DNA of 61,425 bases, the filler included. It is 14 parts of 14 records of this genome, joined end to end, with 100 filler letters (N's around TTAATTAATTAA, not from the genome) between each part and the next. Parts side by side here need not be neighbours in the genome. Positions count along the whole stretch, not along the records: positions 22,742 to 25,892 come from SRR15195285_8312; positions 25,993 to 31,143 come from SRR15195285_8324; positions 31,244 to 36,230 come from SRR15195285_8340; 11 more parts are not named here. One strand, 5' to 3'. Made by a program: the position numbers and the translations under genes. This document shows, in pieces, positions 22,742 to 33,955 of this stretch (its first letter is position 1; each line of letters starts with the position of its first letter). The notes under the pieces are model-generated. The model made no database searches. It saw only the letters and a list, made by a program, of their open reading frames with translations, and had not been told where the DNA came from.

Positions 22742-25041
22742 GGGAAGCGAAGCAGAGGTATAAGCAAGCGAATGCGAGGACGACGAGAAGCCAAGGGACG
22801 CCGCTGCCGCCGCCGCCACCGCCGCTGGAGCCGGAGCCAGAGCCCGAGCCGGAGCCCACACAGCATAATACGGACGCAGCTATCGTGCGTACGCTGGAGA
22901 AAGCGTCACCGAACGCGAGTCCAAGGAGCCCGCGTCGCGTCATGCGGAACGGGAAGCTGGTAGAGATCGATAGGTGGAGAGCGGAGCAAGCGGCCAAGGA
23001 GGAGCAAGAGGCCAGAGACAAGGCGAGGCTTGTCGCAGCTCAAGCTGCGGCGTTCGCATGGAAGAATCGCGCCGGGCCGGGGGTACCAACTGCAGGCAAG
23101 CTCCGGCCAGCCCCGGCTATCCCAAAGCTCAAGCTGGAGCCACAATCAGCCTCCACTAGTAGCTCTAGCTTCAGCTTCGAGTCAGTCGCCGAACAGGCAG
23201 CGGAGCGAGCGCGCGCTATCAAGAAGGTGCGCCAGATCCAGGGTGAAATCGAGCAGTCCGCTCACATGACGGGGTTATCTAAGGGCGAGAGCCAACGCAA
23301 GAAGATCTTCAGGCGCTTCTGCTCCTCGCCTAGTGACGAACATCACAGCAATGAGGACAGGGCTAGCGCAGATGAGGACCAACGCGTGGATTTCTGGGGG
23401 CTGCGATTGTTCTTCAAGGCCACGGAAGGCCTGGTGCTGAACGCTGACTGGTGGACAAGGCTCTGCGTACAACTTGGCGTGCCCGTGGACGGACCAGGAC
23501 TCACCGAATTGCAGTTCGATGTCTTGCTCGGCGACGATAGCGAGACAGCAGCGAAGTACATGGCCGTCTTCGGCAGCCGCACTACCACTCCACACTCTCG
23601 GTCGCCCGTGAGCCCGGTTGGGTCCGACCGATCGGGCTCGGCGCAATCAGACAGCACGGGCGAACAGTGCGATGCGAGCGGCGAACAGCAGCTGCGGGTG
23701 CTTCGTTTGAGCGGGTTGGATTCTGATGCAGGCGCGCCTTTCCTTGACGTTTACGAAGACGGCGAGCCAGTCAGTGTTGGGCGCGGTCAGCTAGGCATGC
23801 CACACGAGCCAAAGGTCCACCGCCAGCACATCACTGTGTGTTGGCAAGTCGATGAAACACCCCCAGCGAATAATTTGCCACCGCATGGAGGCTGGTACGT
23901 CCAAGCGGCAGGTCAAAACCCGGCATTCATCCTGAGGCGCGCCACCAGTGGCCAGAGCGTCAGGCGGGACCGTTCTGGCTCGCTGCGTCGGGTATGCTTC
24001 GCTCCAAAGTGGTCCAGCCTCAGCGATGGCGACATCGTTTTTCTGTCGCATGGGCAGTCTCGACTGGCAGTGCGGGCAACAGAGATGCGCGGTGATGGTT
24101 GGGACAGCGAGCAGGAAGCAAGCTCGACGCTTGCGGAGCGGTGGGTGCTGTGTGGCGACACTCCAAGCGAGATTGCCGCAGCAAATCAGGAGACCGTACT
24201 GCTCGAACAGCAGGCTGCAGAGGCCGCGGAGACCGAGGCGCTGGCGTCGCTGGAAACGGCGAAGTATTTTCAGATGCTGGAGGAGGAGAGTGAGCGCGAG
24301 GTAACGTGGATGCAGGAGAGGGCGGAAGAAGACTGGCGAGCTTCCGAAGAGCGGCAGCGAGCAGACACCGAACGAGTTGCCGCAGCAGAAGAGGAAGCTT
24401 TCAGGTTGGGTGTTGCGGCAGGACAAGCTACCGCTGCCGACGAGGCGGCCGCTCGTGAGGAGGAGGAAGCGGTGGTGCAGGCAGCATTGGCGCGGCAGTT
24501 TGCAAGCCTGTCAGTCAGCCACCAGCTCGGTGTCCCGAATCCCGTTCATGGATCTACACCCTCGAGTCCCGTCGAAACAGGGCGAGAGGGAGCGGGCTCA
24601 CCGATCTCACCAGTTGCAGAAGCCTTCATCAAGTTGGAGAGCATGTGGATGCGTGAGCAGTCGTCGGCAAAGGCAGAACTGACACAACTGCTGAGCCCAG
24701 ATGTCCCACTGCCTGCTCGAGCCAGACTAGGCCAGCTTTCCTCTGCAGCGGACCAGTCGTTTGACAGCAATGGGACCTCACAGTTTCGTTTACCATCGCC
24801 GTTGCGGGGCTCTCCAGGGCGCAGGCGACGGACTGGTCATGAGCATGGGCGTGATGGCCTAGATGCGGCAGACGGGATGTCAGGCCGAGCAGCGCCGGAA
24901 CTCATTCTTGGGGACGATGTCGACGTTGCCTTCACGAGGCAACGCCGAGTGCATCAGCCAGAGGGTCACCTCCGCGCAGACAGTCCGGCGGCTGTGGCCG
25001 GCGGCAGCGGCGTCTACACAGAAGAGCTGAAGTGGTCCTGA
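22742..25041 (+). CDS. Hypothetical protein with a PNK/aprataxin-type FHA-like domain and coiled coil (5' truncated)
   Basis: Long open frame. VSVGRGQLGM..KVHRQH..WYVQAAGQNPAF..LSDGDIVFL fits the FHA GR...RxH...GxN pattern. An Ala/Glu-rich coiled coil follows. Confidence 0.55.
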
Positions 25042-25152
25042 AGCAGTGCAGGCTGGGTGTCTTGCCATGGATCGTTGCCATGGATCTCTTCAAACTTGAG
25101 GCATCTCTTTGGAGTAGACGGGGACTTTGTGAGGCGGGTGTTCGCTAAGTGC

Positions 25153-25247
25153 GGCAGCGCTGCCGGTGCAGTTTTGTCTCGGCGTGAGTGCCTGTTGGCA
25201 GCGCTGCCGGTGCAGTTTCGTCTCGGCGTGAGTGCCTGTTGGCAGCG
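25153..25247. repeat. 44-bp tandem direct repeat (two copies plus a 7-bp remnant)
   Basis: GGCAGCGCTGCCGGTGCAGTTT(T/C)GTCTCGGCGTGAGTGCCTGTT at 25153 and 25197, with one mismatch. Each copy starts with the palindrome GGCAGCGCTGCC. Confidence 0.9.
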
Positions 25248-25992
25248 ACTCGGCGACGTACTATACTAGAAACAAATGGAGTGTATTACGTCCAACTTCC
25301 ACAGACCAGGATCTCGGTCCTGCGCGCACTACCCGCTACCGCCGCTCCAGCGGCTGTTGGCGACGTTGCTACCTGCGGCTGCCTGCGTTCCCGACGAGGT
25401 ACGACGCTCTCCAGAACGCTGTTGTCTGGGCGGACGCTGTCTCGTGCGCCGGTTTTCGAATCATGACGTCCAGCTCGTGCGCTCGGGCTGTGGCGCCCGG
25501 CGCGTCGCAGTCCGCACGGGCGCCGACGCCCGGCGCAGCGCAACTTGCGAGGGTTGCCGATAGCGACGCAACTCCTCCAGCGACGCAGTAGACGCGCAGG
25601 CGCCACCCGGTCGAATCAGCCGCTTCGGCCGCCTCGACGACCGGCTGTCTCGCAGGCGTCGTGATAGGCCGGCTCGCCGCCACCGCGGCCCTCGGCGCCC
25701 GTGCGGGGCCGCCGGTCCCGCGGATCATAGCGGCGTGCCGCTCCCCAATAAGCTGCGCCGCCGTCTTCCCTTGCTGCTGCTCCGCAACCCTCAGCGCCGG
25801 CGGCGGCGTCGCCATACACCCCATAGCCCGCCTGTGCCCTGCGACGTTGCCCGCCACTACTCCCGCCCCTCTCACTCTCACCGCCCGCACCANNNNNNNN
25901 NNNNNNNNNNNNNNNNNNNNNNNNNNNNNNNNNNNNTTAATTAATTAANNNNNNNNNNNNNNNNNNNNNNNNNNNNNNNNNNNNNNNNNNNN

Positions 25993-28900
25993 CTCGTACG
26001 TGTAGACTGCCAGTGTTAGCTCGTCTACGATCCGGAACGTATCCATCAGAAACTGTGGTGCCACAGCAGAGTCTCCTATCACCACAGATGACACGTCAAG
26101 CAAGATGAATATGTTCACCATCCGAGTGAAGAACTGCCACTGGGCAATTTTGAAGCACTCCTCTCGAATCTTGCTTCCACTCGGCGGTCGTCGATCAGCA
26201 TCGATGATGTGCATTGCCATGACTTCCATGAAACGCCAGTTCTTCTGTTCGGAAGTCATCAGTGCAGACCCACTTTCTTGCTGAAAGAAATCAACGAGCA
26301 CTCCCACGAAAAGCTTGTCGAGCATGAACGCATTCACGACCATAAAGCTGGCAAAGAATCCGAACGCAACAGATGCGCTCTTGTTTGGCTCGGGTGCGCA
26401 ACCTTCGCACAGTGCTTCTGGGGTATCCATACCGATGCGCGTGACATAAATCCATCCCTCTACAGTCATGCACACAAATAGCGATGCCGAGGCCTCTCCT
26501 ATGTCGTCAAAGTTAAATTCGTACCTCTCCCACGTGAGTTTAGCATCATCGCACTCCCGTCGGTTAAGTTGGATGTTCTCAACACATCGGTAATACTGTC
26601 CAGCGAACATGTTGATTCCCAGAATCCCAAACACCAAGAAGCTGGTTGCCTGGAGTGCCAGAATTGCAGACACCGATGGTAACGCTTTCAGCAGAGTGTA
26701 CAGAATGATCTGCATGCCATCGATGATAAGCAGCAGCCGGACCAAGCGAAGTACTCGCAACAGTCGAAAGAGCTTCGCAGACGAAGCGTATCCCAAGACG
26801 GCCAAGAATACATCGACGCTGGTTGCGAGCACGACTGTGAAATCAAGCAGATTTGAATTTGAACGCTTGAGGTAAGAGTCTGGGTGGCTGACAAAACCGT
26901 ACGCAAGCAACTTGCAGATCAGTTCGATCCAAAAGGTTATGAACAGGACAACATCCAGCACAGCCATCCAATCCTGGAACCACTGTGGTAGGCCAGACGT
27001 GGCGTACGTGTCTGGACCTTCCAATGCGATGTGCATGCCACTCAGAGCAATGCATACGACGATTATTCTGTCAAAAGAATCTGACTCGACCAGTTTTGTC
27101 ATTGAGGCCCGGAACGCCGAGTCCTCAGGAAATATTCCTAGCGCAACATTCGGCGCTTCCTCACCACTCGGTTGCGCTTCCTCACCTGCCGTTGGGCTCA
27201 ACTTGTGGTTTGTGTCTACAGGTTCGTCGATCAACGGGTTGCGAAAAGCGAGCTTCGTGCCATTTCCTCGTGCCATTTCCATGGATCCTGTCTCAGTTTT
27301 TCCATCCATGCCTTCCTTTGCAGCTTCAGCAGCCATAGCCCTCTCGTAGTTTGTATACGCTTCGTCTGCTGCTTTTGCTCGCTCACTGAGTTCGTGGTCG
27401 GAAGCACCACCTACTAGTATCGTTGCTGTTCGTGGGTGCTGGCTAGGCTCAGAAATTCCGATACCTGAAACCGCGGCTCCAACGCCATGTGCCATTGTTT
27501 CTGACACGTCCACCGCCACGTCAATCGTTGACGCGGTACTATCTAGCACTGCAACTACACTATTTGCGGCACGCGATGCGACGCTGTCTAGCCCAGTCTT
27601 CTCCGCGGCTGCCCCCATCCCGTCTTGGACAGTGTGGATGATATCATCCAAGTGAAGACGCCCTAGTGGTGTAGCCCTGGATAGAGTGTTGGCAATGGCG
27701 ATGGTCGCAATCGCTGCACTTTCTTCAGTCCCATCCATGTTCTCGAGTTCTTTTTTTGTGTATTCCTCAATCTGCCGCTGTCGTTTCTGCTCGTCGTTGA
27801 GCTGAAAGTTCTCCAAAAACACGGATATGTACAGGTTCAGCAGCAAATACTGAGTCACGAAGACCACCACGACGAAGTATATAGCAGCTCCAGAACCGAA
27901 GCACTCCATGTACTCAAACATCAATCCCGACCAATCATCGCCGGTCGAAAGCTGGAACACGGAAAAAAACGAGTTTCGCAGCGACCCGAAGTCCATTCCG
28001 TTTAGCTCTGTGCGTCGTTGTGACCCGTCAGCATTAACGATGTGGCAGGGCCAGAAAATGAATGTACCCATCGTCGCGGCGACAAAACAGACGAATACGA
28101 ACAGGAACGACAGCGACGCGATCGCATCTAACGATCCGAAAGCTACCTTCAGCACCGTTCGGATGCTTTTCACACGTGAAATCAACTTTCCGACGCGAGC
28201 AACACGCATCAAGCGTGCAAGGCGTGCCAGCACCTTTACGATGCGTAAACTCTGTGAGGACGATGCATCCATTCCCGATCCAAAGAACGTGAGGATGTTC
28301 CCCGCGTGCGCAATAAACACGATGGCAAAATCCAAGCGGTTCATTCCCGTTTTGAAGTAGCGCCGCCATCCCATCCCTTGCAGCTTTACAACGACCTCGA
28401 AGGTGTACACGATCGTGAAGATGATCTCGAAAACATACAGCACATCAACGTACCACGGTGCCATCCCATGGTGCTCTGACGCCATCAGACATATGTTGAC
28501 CAACACTGTTGCCATAATGAAATTATCAAAACGCTTGTCTTGAATAATGATCTGCGATTTCTCCGTCAACGTGGGGCTGTATTTGCAGCAGGTGCCAAGA
28601 CAATGATCCTTGCGCAACACAGCCTCAGAGAGGTCCTCGTCTGCGACGTCCAGATCGTCATCACCTTCCCATTCATCCCGGTCCTCTTCTCCTTGAGCCT
28701 TTGGAGTGCCATCGGCGCTCGGCGACCCAGGCTCCAGACCCACAGTGTCACCCTTCTCCGCCTCGAGATTGGCCATCACCATGTCGCGAATCCCATCGAG
28801 AGTGTTGTCGTCACGTGCACCGGTCCGCACTGACATGTATGCTATTGTCACACTAGCAACGAACAGATTCGTAGCGAAGAGAGCGAGGAGAACCGTTAGC

Positions 28901-30429
28901 GCGGAAAAGACAGGCCAAGCGTAGATCGCGGTCGAAGCGCCACTTGAACGGTACATGTTGCACAAGTACCCCCACTCGTCGAGCGTTGAGATGGTGTACA
29001 CTGTAAGCAGGCTCTCAAGCACTCCATCAAACCCGAACTTGTCAATGTGCTCCACGCGCCTCGGGCTTGCGTAGTTTGACTGGTTTGTGTACGTGTACAC
29101 CATATCTGGTCGATACTCAAAGCACGACAAGTTCTTGGCCGAGCACTCGAGCGTTCTGGGGCAGATTTCTGCCTCATCTCCACAGAACTCACAGTCCACT
29201 TGCCGCTGCACCGGATCCGGAACAGCGCACTCGTTCATCAGCACTCCTGCGAACAGCGCCCGTGCACTGGTCGAAAATGCTACGAAAAGGAAAATCATCA
29301 CCGCAGAAACCGTGAGGATCATCGAGCCGCCCTGTGCTATGGCACTAAGTACTTCTCGAACCCCACCAAAGAACCGGAGGCAGCGGAATGATCGCAGCAG
29401 CGTCGCACAAGAAGACAACGAACTATCCACCTCTGTATACATGGACGCGACGTATATGGTCCAGTACGTAAATACAATGACGCAGTCCAGAGCGTTCCAG
29501 GCGCTGCGCAAATACGCCCCTTCGTGCCTCACAAACCCGTGTGTAATGATCCGCAATACCATCTCGACTGTGAAAATAATGCCGCACACGAAGTTGATGT
29601 ACGACACAAGCTCGATCTGAGCAGCGCCAGGCTCCTGGAACAGCAAAGCGACCACGTTGACCACAATGCAGAACAGGATCCCCACCTCTGTCAGAGGATG
29701 AAACACGATTTTAGAGACGGCTACCCTGAACGGGTTGTCCGGGGGGAACATGCCCAGCGATAGGCCCAGCATTTCCTTGCTACCTCCGAGGGAAGCAGCC
29801 ATGAGATCATTGAACATCTCGCCGGCTGCTGCTGCAGCGTCAAACTCGTCCTCTGAGTCCTCGTCCTCGGCCACGTCGAAGAGCTGCTCACCGTCTTTGG
29901 TTTCGCCGAGACCCAGCCCGAGCCCGAGTCCGAGCGCAATGCTCGATGAGCTTCCGCTGCCCGAACTATACCACTGGAAGAACTCGTCGAAGTCAATTTC
30001 GCCGCTGCCATCAGCGTCCATTTCCTTGACCGCGTCCGCCAGCTCTGCTTCCGACAGATTTAACCCAATCCTTTCTGCCAACACCGACAGCTCGCCAGCG
30101 TCTATAGTGCCGCCGCCGTCGAAGTCCACAGTTTGGAACGCCTGCAAGGCGCGCGCCTTGGACTCGTCACTACTGCCGGCACTCCCGTTCTTCTCCCACC
30201 AGTCGATGAAATTTGCCTGCGACACAGCCCCACTGTCATCCACGTCCAGCACACCGAACACTGCATGCAGCTTCTCGTGGTTCATCTTCATCCCGAGCTT
30301 CTCCATCACCACCCCAAGCTCTTTCATATCCAAATCGCCCGTCGCCGAAGCATCCGCTTCGGCGAAGAGCGTCGCAATAAGCTCCAGCTGCGACTGCGGC
30401 AGCCCATCCTTTGGGGCGTCGGCCGACAT
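25993..30429 (-). CDS. Four-domain voltage-gated cation (Cav/Nav-like) channel alpha subunit with N-terminal 4 EF-hands, paralogue 1 (3' truncated in domain IV)
   Basis: Three complete 6-TM repeats with S4 segments (LRSFRCLR; RLARLMRVARVGK; FRLLRVLRLVR). Pore loops TLDEW, TGDDW, TVEGW. III-IV linker SALMTSEQKNW. EF loops DFDGGGTIDAGE and DADGSGEIDFDE. Confidence 0.92.
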
Positions 30430-31616
30430 CGCGCGCCGCCGGTCCTGCCAACCGGTGTGTTTCCCCGGCCTTCTCCTCTTGGAGCCTCCACCCCACGCTG
30501 GGCTGGCGCTTCCAGCGCGTGAAGAAGACCACGCTGGGCTAGCTCTCGCGCCGTCAGAGCGTGGGGCCGTACCACCGACTTCGCTCTCAAAAGAAGGCGA
30601 CTGGACGCTGTCGACTGAGGATGCGGTGCTCTGCGCGGCACCCGTTTGCCTCAGGTGTGGCTAGCGACAGGCGTATCGCTGCACGAGAAGCTGGTAGACG
30701 AGTTGGAGGCACGGAAAGCTGGTCAGCGGCTGGCTCCTGGCGCACCGAGGCCTTGGGGCGTGCACGTGGTTCTGTCACGTCAGTCTCAAACAAGACGGGC
30801 TCGACGATGCGCGAGTGGTCGTCCTGCTGCTCGGCCTCGAACATTTGATGGCATCTGTACAAACACCGCCGCACAACCGTCAGCTCGCGCAGCAATTCAA
30901 GTCCATTCCGGCACGTCAGAGAAGCCGTAGGGGCGGCGAGAATGCGGCGGGGGCAGCGCCTACCCCACCGTCCCGTCACGGCATGAGACCACGCGCCCCG
31001 GGCGCGAGGACTACCCCCTCCGCCCCCCGCGCCTAGGCGGGGCCCTCAAGCCTACGCCCCCTGTTGCCGTTCGCAGCCAAATCTCACATGCCCGCACTTG
31101 CCTCACCTCCACATTCCGCCCCCCCCCCCCCCCCCCCCCCCCCNNNNNNNNNNNNNNNNNNNNNNNNNNNNNNNNNNNNNNNNNNNNTTAATTAATTAAN
31201 NNNNNNNNNNNNNNNNNNNNNNNNNNNNNNNNNNNNNNNNNNNGTATATTCGTAATAATAACTGTAATTAGTATCTACTAGTAGGATATTGGAATTGCAC
31301 AGACGGTGCACATGCACACCTTGATTATGCAAATGCATCTGGTCCCCCCCATGCAAATTGCGTGCAGTAGACGCCCGCGGTACGTGTAGCGGGGCGCCTC
31401 CAGTATCTCAAGCCGATCTCACAATACATCCCGTACAGTAGCGGCGGCGGCTGATTTTAGATTTATAGCTTCTACGCGCGCGCAGTCGGCCGGATTACGT
31501 ACTAGGAAGTTCCTAGTACAGTACACAGCCTGCCTGCTCTAAATCGACGAAATGACTAATAAGAGCGAGAGCAGCGCGCGATCGACCCGGACCGACGGCG
31601 GAACACTCGGGCTGCG

Positions 31617-33470
31617 ATGGCGACGGCTGTGTGTGCCTCCAAGAAACTGCTGAATGCCGAGGATGACGTCGTAGAGGAGATGATCTGCGGTCTCTTGGCC
31701 TGCCACCCGACGCTCACAAGACTCGAGGGCACACACGTCCTGCTCCGCGCGGACTTTGAGGCCACGAAGGCCTCCCAGGTCACACTCCTGTCGGGCGGTG
31801 GATCTGGACACGAGCCCAGCCACGGGGGGTGGCTTGGAGAGGGGATGCTGACAGCCGCGGTGTGTGGCGGAGTGTTTGCGTCGCCGTCGGTTGACGCCGT
31901 GCTCTCCGGGATCCGCGCTTGTGCGGGCCCGCACGGAGTCCTGGTAATCGTCAAAAACTACACCGGCGATCGGCTCAACTTCGGGCTGGCGTGCGAACAG
32001 GCCAAGGCAGAAGGAATCAGATGCAAGATGGTTATCGTGGGTGATGACTGCGCTGTCATGGAGCGGGACGAGGACAAGATCGCCGGTAGACGAGGCATCG
32101 CAGGAACCGTGTTTGTGCACAAATGTGCTGGTGCTGCAGCCGCATCGGGGGCTCCCTTGGCACAGGTGCTGGCGGTCGCGACGGCTGCCGAGCAATCGGT
32201 CGGCAGCGTTGGTGTGGCGCTGGACGTTTGCTCACTGCCTGGCCAGCCTAAGAACGGTCGCCTCACGGGCTCGGAGATGGAGATGGGCCTTGGAATTCAT
32301 GGCGAGGCAGGCACACAGAAGCTGTCTATCCTGCCATGCGACGACATCGTCGACCGCATGCTCGGCATGATCTGCGATCCGGCTGGCGCTTGCCGCTGGG
32401 AGGGTGGACTGAACAAAGGCGATAGCGTCGTACTTCTGGTCAACAACCTCGGTTCAACTCCTGTCATGGAGCAATACGTCGCTGCGCGCCGCACGATCGA
32501 ACACCTCGAGATCGATTTTGGCGTTAACGTGGTGCGCGCCTTCGTCGGGCCCTTCATGACGTCACTTGATATGACTGGCGTATCGCTTACCCTGATGAAG
32601 CTCTCCTACTTCGAGGACCTCTGCAAGGCATCGGTCAAGGCTCGCCCAAGCTCGTCTTTAGCCCCAGGCTGGTTGGCTGTGTTTGATCCACTCAAGCTAC
32701 TCGACGCGCCAACGGGTGCCCCAGCTTGGCCCGGTTCTTTTGCTGTGCAACGTTTGCCTGCACCCGAGCATCCAGTGCCAACCGCCCCAACTGGAAGCGG
32801 CGGTATCACCCCCACAGCGGCAGCAAACGGTCCAGGCATCTCCCTTGAGTCTGCCGAGGCAGTAAAGAAAGCTGTTGTGGCAGCAGTGGCGGCAGTGTGC
32901 GATGCTGAGGAACAGCTCACGGCCTGGGACGCCGTGGCAGGTGATGGCGACTGCGGCACCACAATGAGGCGTGGTGCGGAACAAGTCACTGCTGATCTTG
33001 CGGGCTACAACTTTTCTTCACCTGGCGCGCTTCTTGCGCAGCTTGCGGATAGCATCGGGACGATGGGTGGAACGAGCGGCGTCATTCTTGACATCTTCTT
33101 CCGGGCCTGTGGGAACAGCTACGCCAGTGCAGAGACTGCGACTGATGCGATCGCCCTGCTGGATGCGGTCGAAGCCGGAACGAAGGCCATTACTTTTTAT
33201 GGTGGTGCAAAGGAAGGGATGCGCACCATGCTCGATGCTATGCTTCCCGCGTACAGAGCGGGCATTGCCACCGACGCTGCGGACGCGTCTACTGCACTGG
33301 CTGCGATGGCCGAGGCTGCAATGACCGGCGCAGATGCGACGCGCACAATGGCTGCGGTGGCCGGCAGGGCTGCTTATGTTCCGGACCAGCAGGTGCAGGG
33401 CACCCCTGACCCAGGAGCTATGGCGGTGGCCTTTGTTTTGCAGGCAGTGGCGGCAGCGGTGTCGAAGTGA
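31617..33470 (+). CDS. TKFC: Dihydroxyacetone kinase / triokinase (fused DhaK-DhaL)
   Basis: SGGGSGHEPSH, VFASPS, KNYTGDRLNFG, GRRGIAG, MGLGIHGE, VNNLG, GDGDCG, MGGTSG, RTMLDA, GRAAY, PDPGA. Confidence 0.95.
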   Translation: MATAVCASKKLLNAEDDVVEEMICGLLACHPTLTRLEGTHVLLRADFEATKASQVTLLSGGGSGHEPSHGGWLGEGMLTAAVCGGVFASPSVDAVLSGIRACAGPHGVLVIVKNYTGDRLNFGLACEQAKAEGIRCKMVIVGDDCAVMERDEDKIAGRRGIAGTVFVHKCAGAAAASGAPLAQVLAVATAAEQSVGSVGVALDVCSLPGQPKNGRLTGSEMEMGLGIHGEAGTQKLSILPCDDIVDRMLGMICDPAGACRWEGGLNKGDSVVLLVNNLGSTPVMEQYVAARRTIEHLEIDFGVNVVRAFVGPFMTSLDMTGVSLTLMKLSYFEDLCKASVKARPSSSLAPGWLAVFDPLKLLDAPTGAPAWPGSFAVQRLPAPEHPVPTAPTGSGGITPTAAANGPGISLESAEAVKKAVVAAVAAVCDAEEQLTAWDAVAGDGDCGTTMRRGAEQVTADLAGYNFSSPGALLAQLADSIGTMGGTSGVILDIFFRACGNSYASAETATDAIALLDAVEAGTKAITFYGGAKEGMRTMLDAMLPAYRAGIATDAADASTALAAMAEAAMTGADATRTMAAVAGRAAYVPDQQVQGTPDPGAMAVAFVLQAVAAAVSK

Positions 33471-33955
33471 TTGGCTGTCGTGGTCCACGTGGTGGTGTTG
33501 CGTTCTCGTCTGAAAGATGCTGGTACAATGAGTGTGTGCAGACCGACTGAGTGTGGGTGACCTTCTTCAAGGCACAAGCAAGACCTGCTTGAATCCAATG
33601 TGTGTTGATTGCCACTAGAGAATGATGCAACGTAGGACCATACTAACTTGTTTTGCAGGCAGGTGGCTGGCCCTTGCGCGAGAAAGCTACAGCCATTCTG
33701 TGAACTGCAGACATCTACACCCCAATTGTCGTAGCGTCCTGCACTCACACACAAAATAATCCAAATCGCCCCAGCTCTGATGTGCGCAACGCAGTAGTGG
33801 CATGTACATCCAATCGCCTCGCGCTTGGCAACGCCAAGTCGTCCACCGCTGCTCGGGAGCGGCTTGTGAAGAGCCGATACAAATGATTTGTCCGGTCAGG
33901 CTTTTGATTCTGCCCAGTGTCACAACAAGTACACTACCAATTGTTGTGGCCGAAC

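Noticed and set aside
25153-25247. Palindromic direct repeat as a mini-CRISPR
   Set aside because: The units are directly adjacent with no spacers, there are no cas genes, and the context is eukaryotic.
29735-30664. Long antisense ORFs over the channel genes, also 50603-51331, 40134-41360 and many others
   Set aside because: Shadow frames of GC-rich coding sequence with no recognisable motifs.
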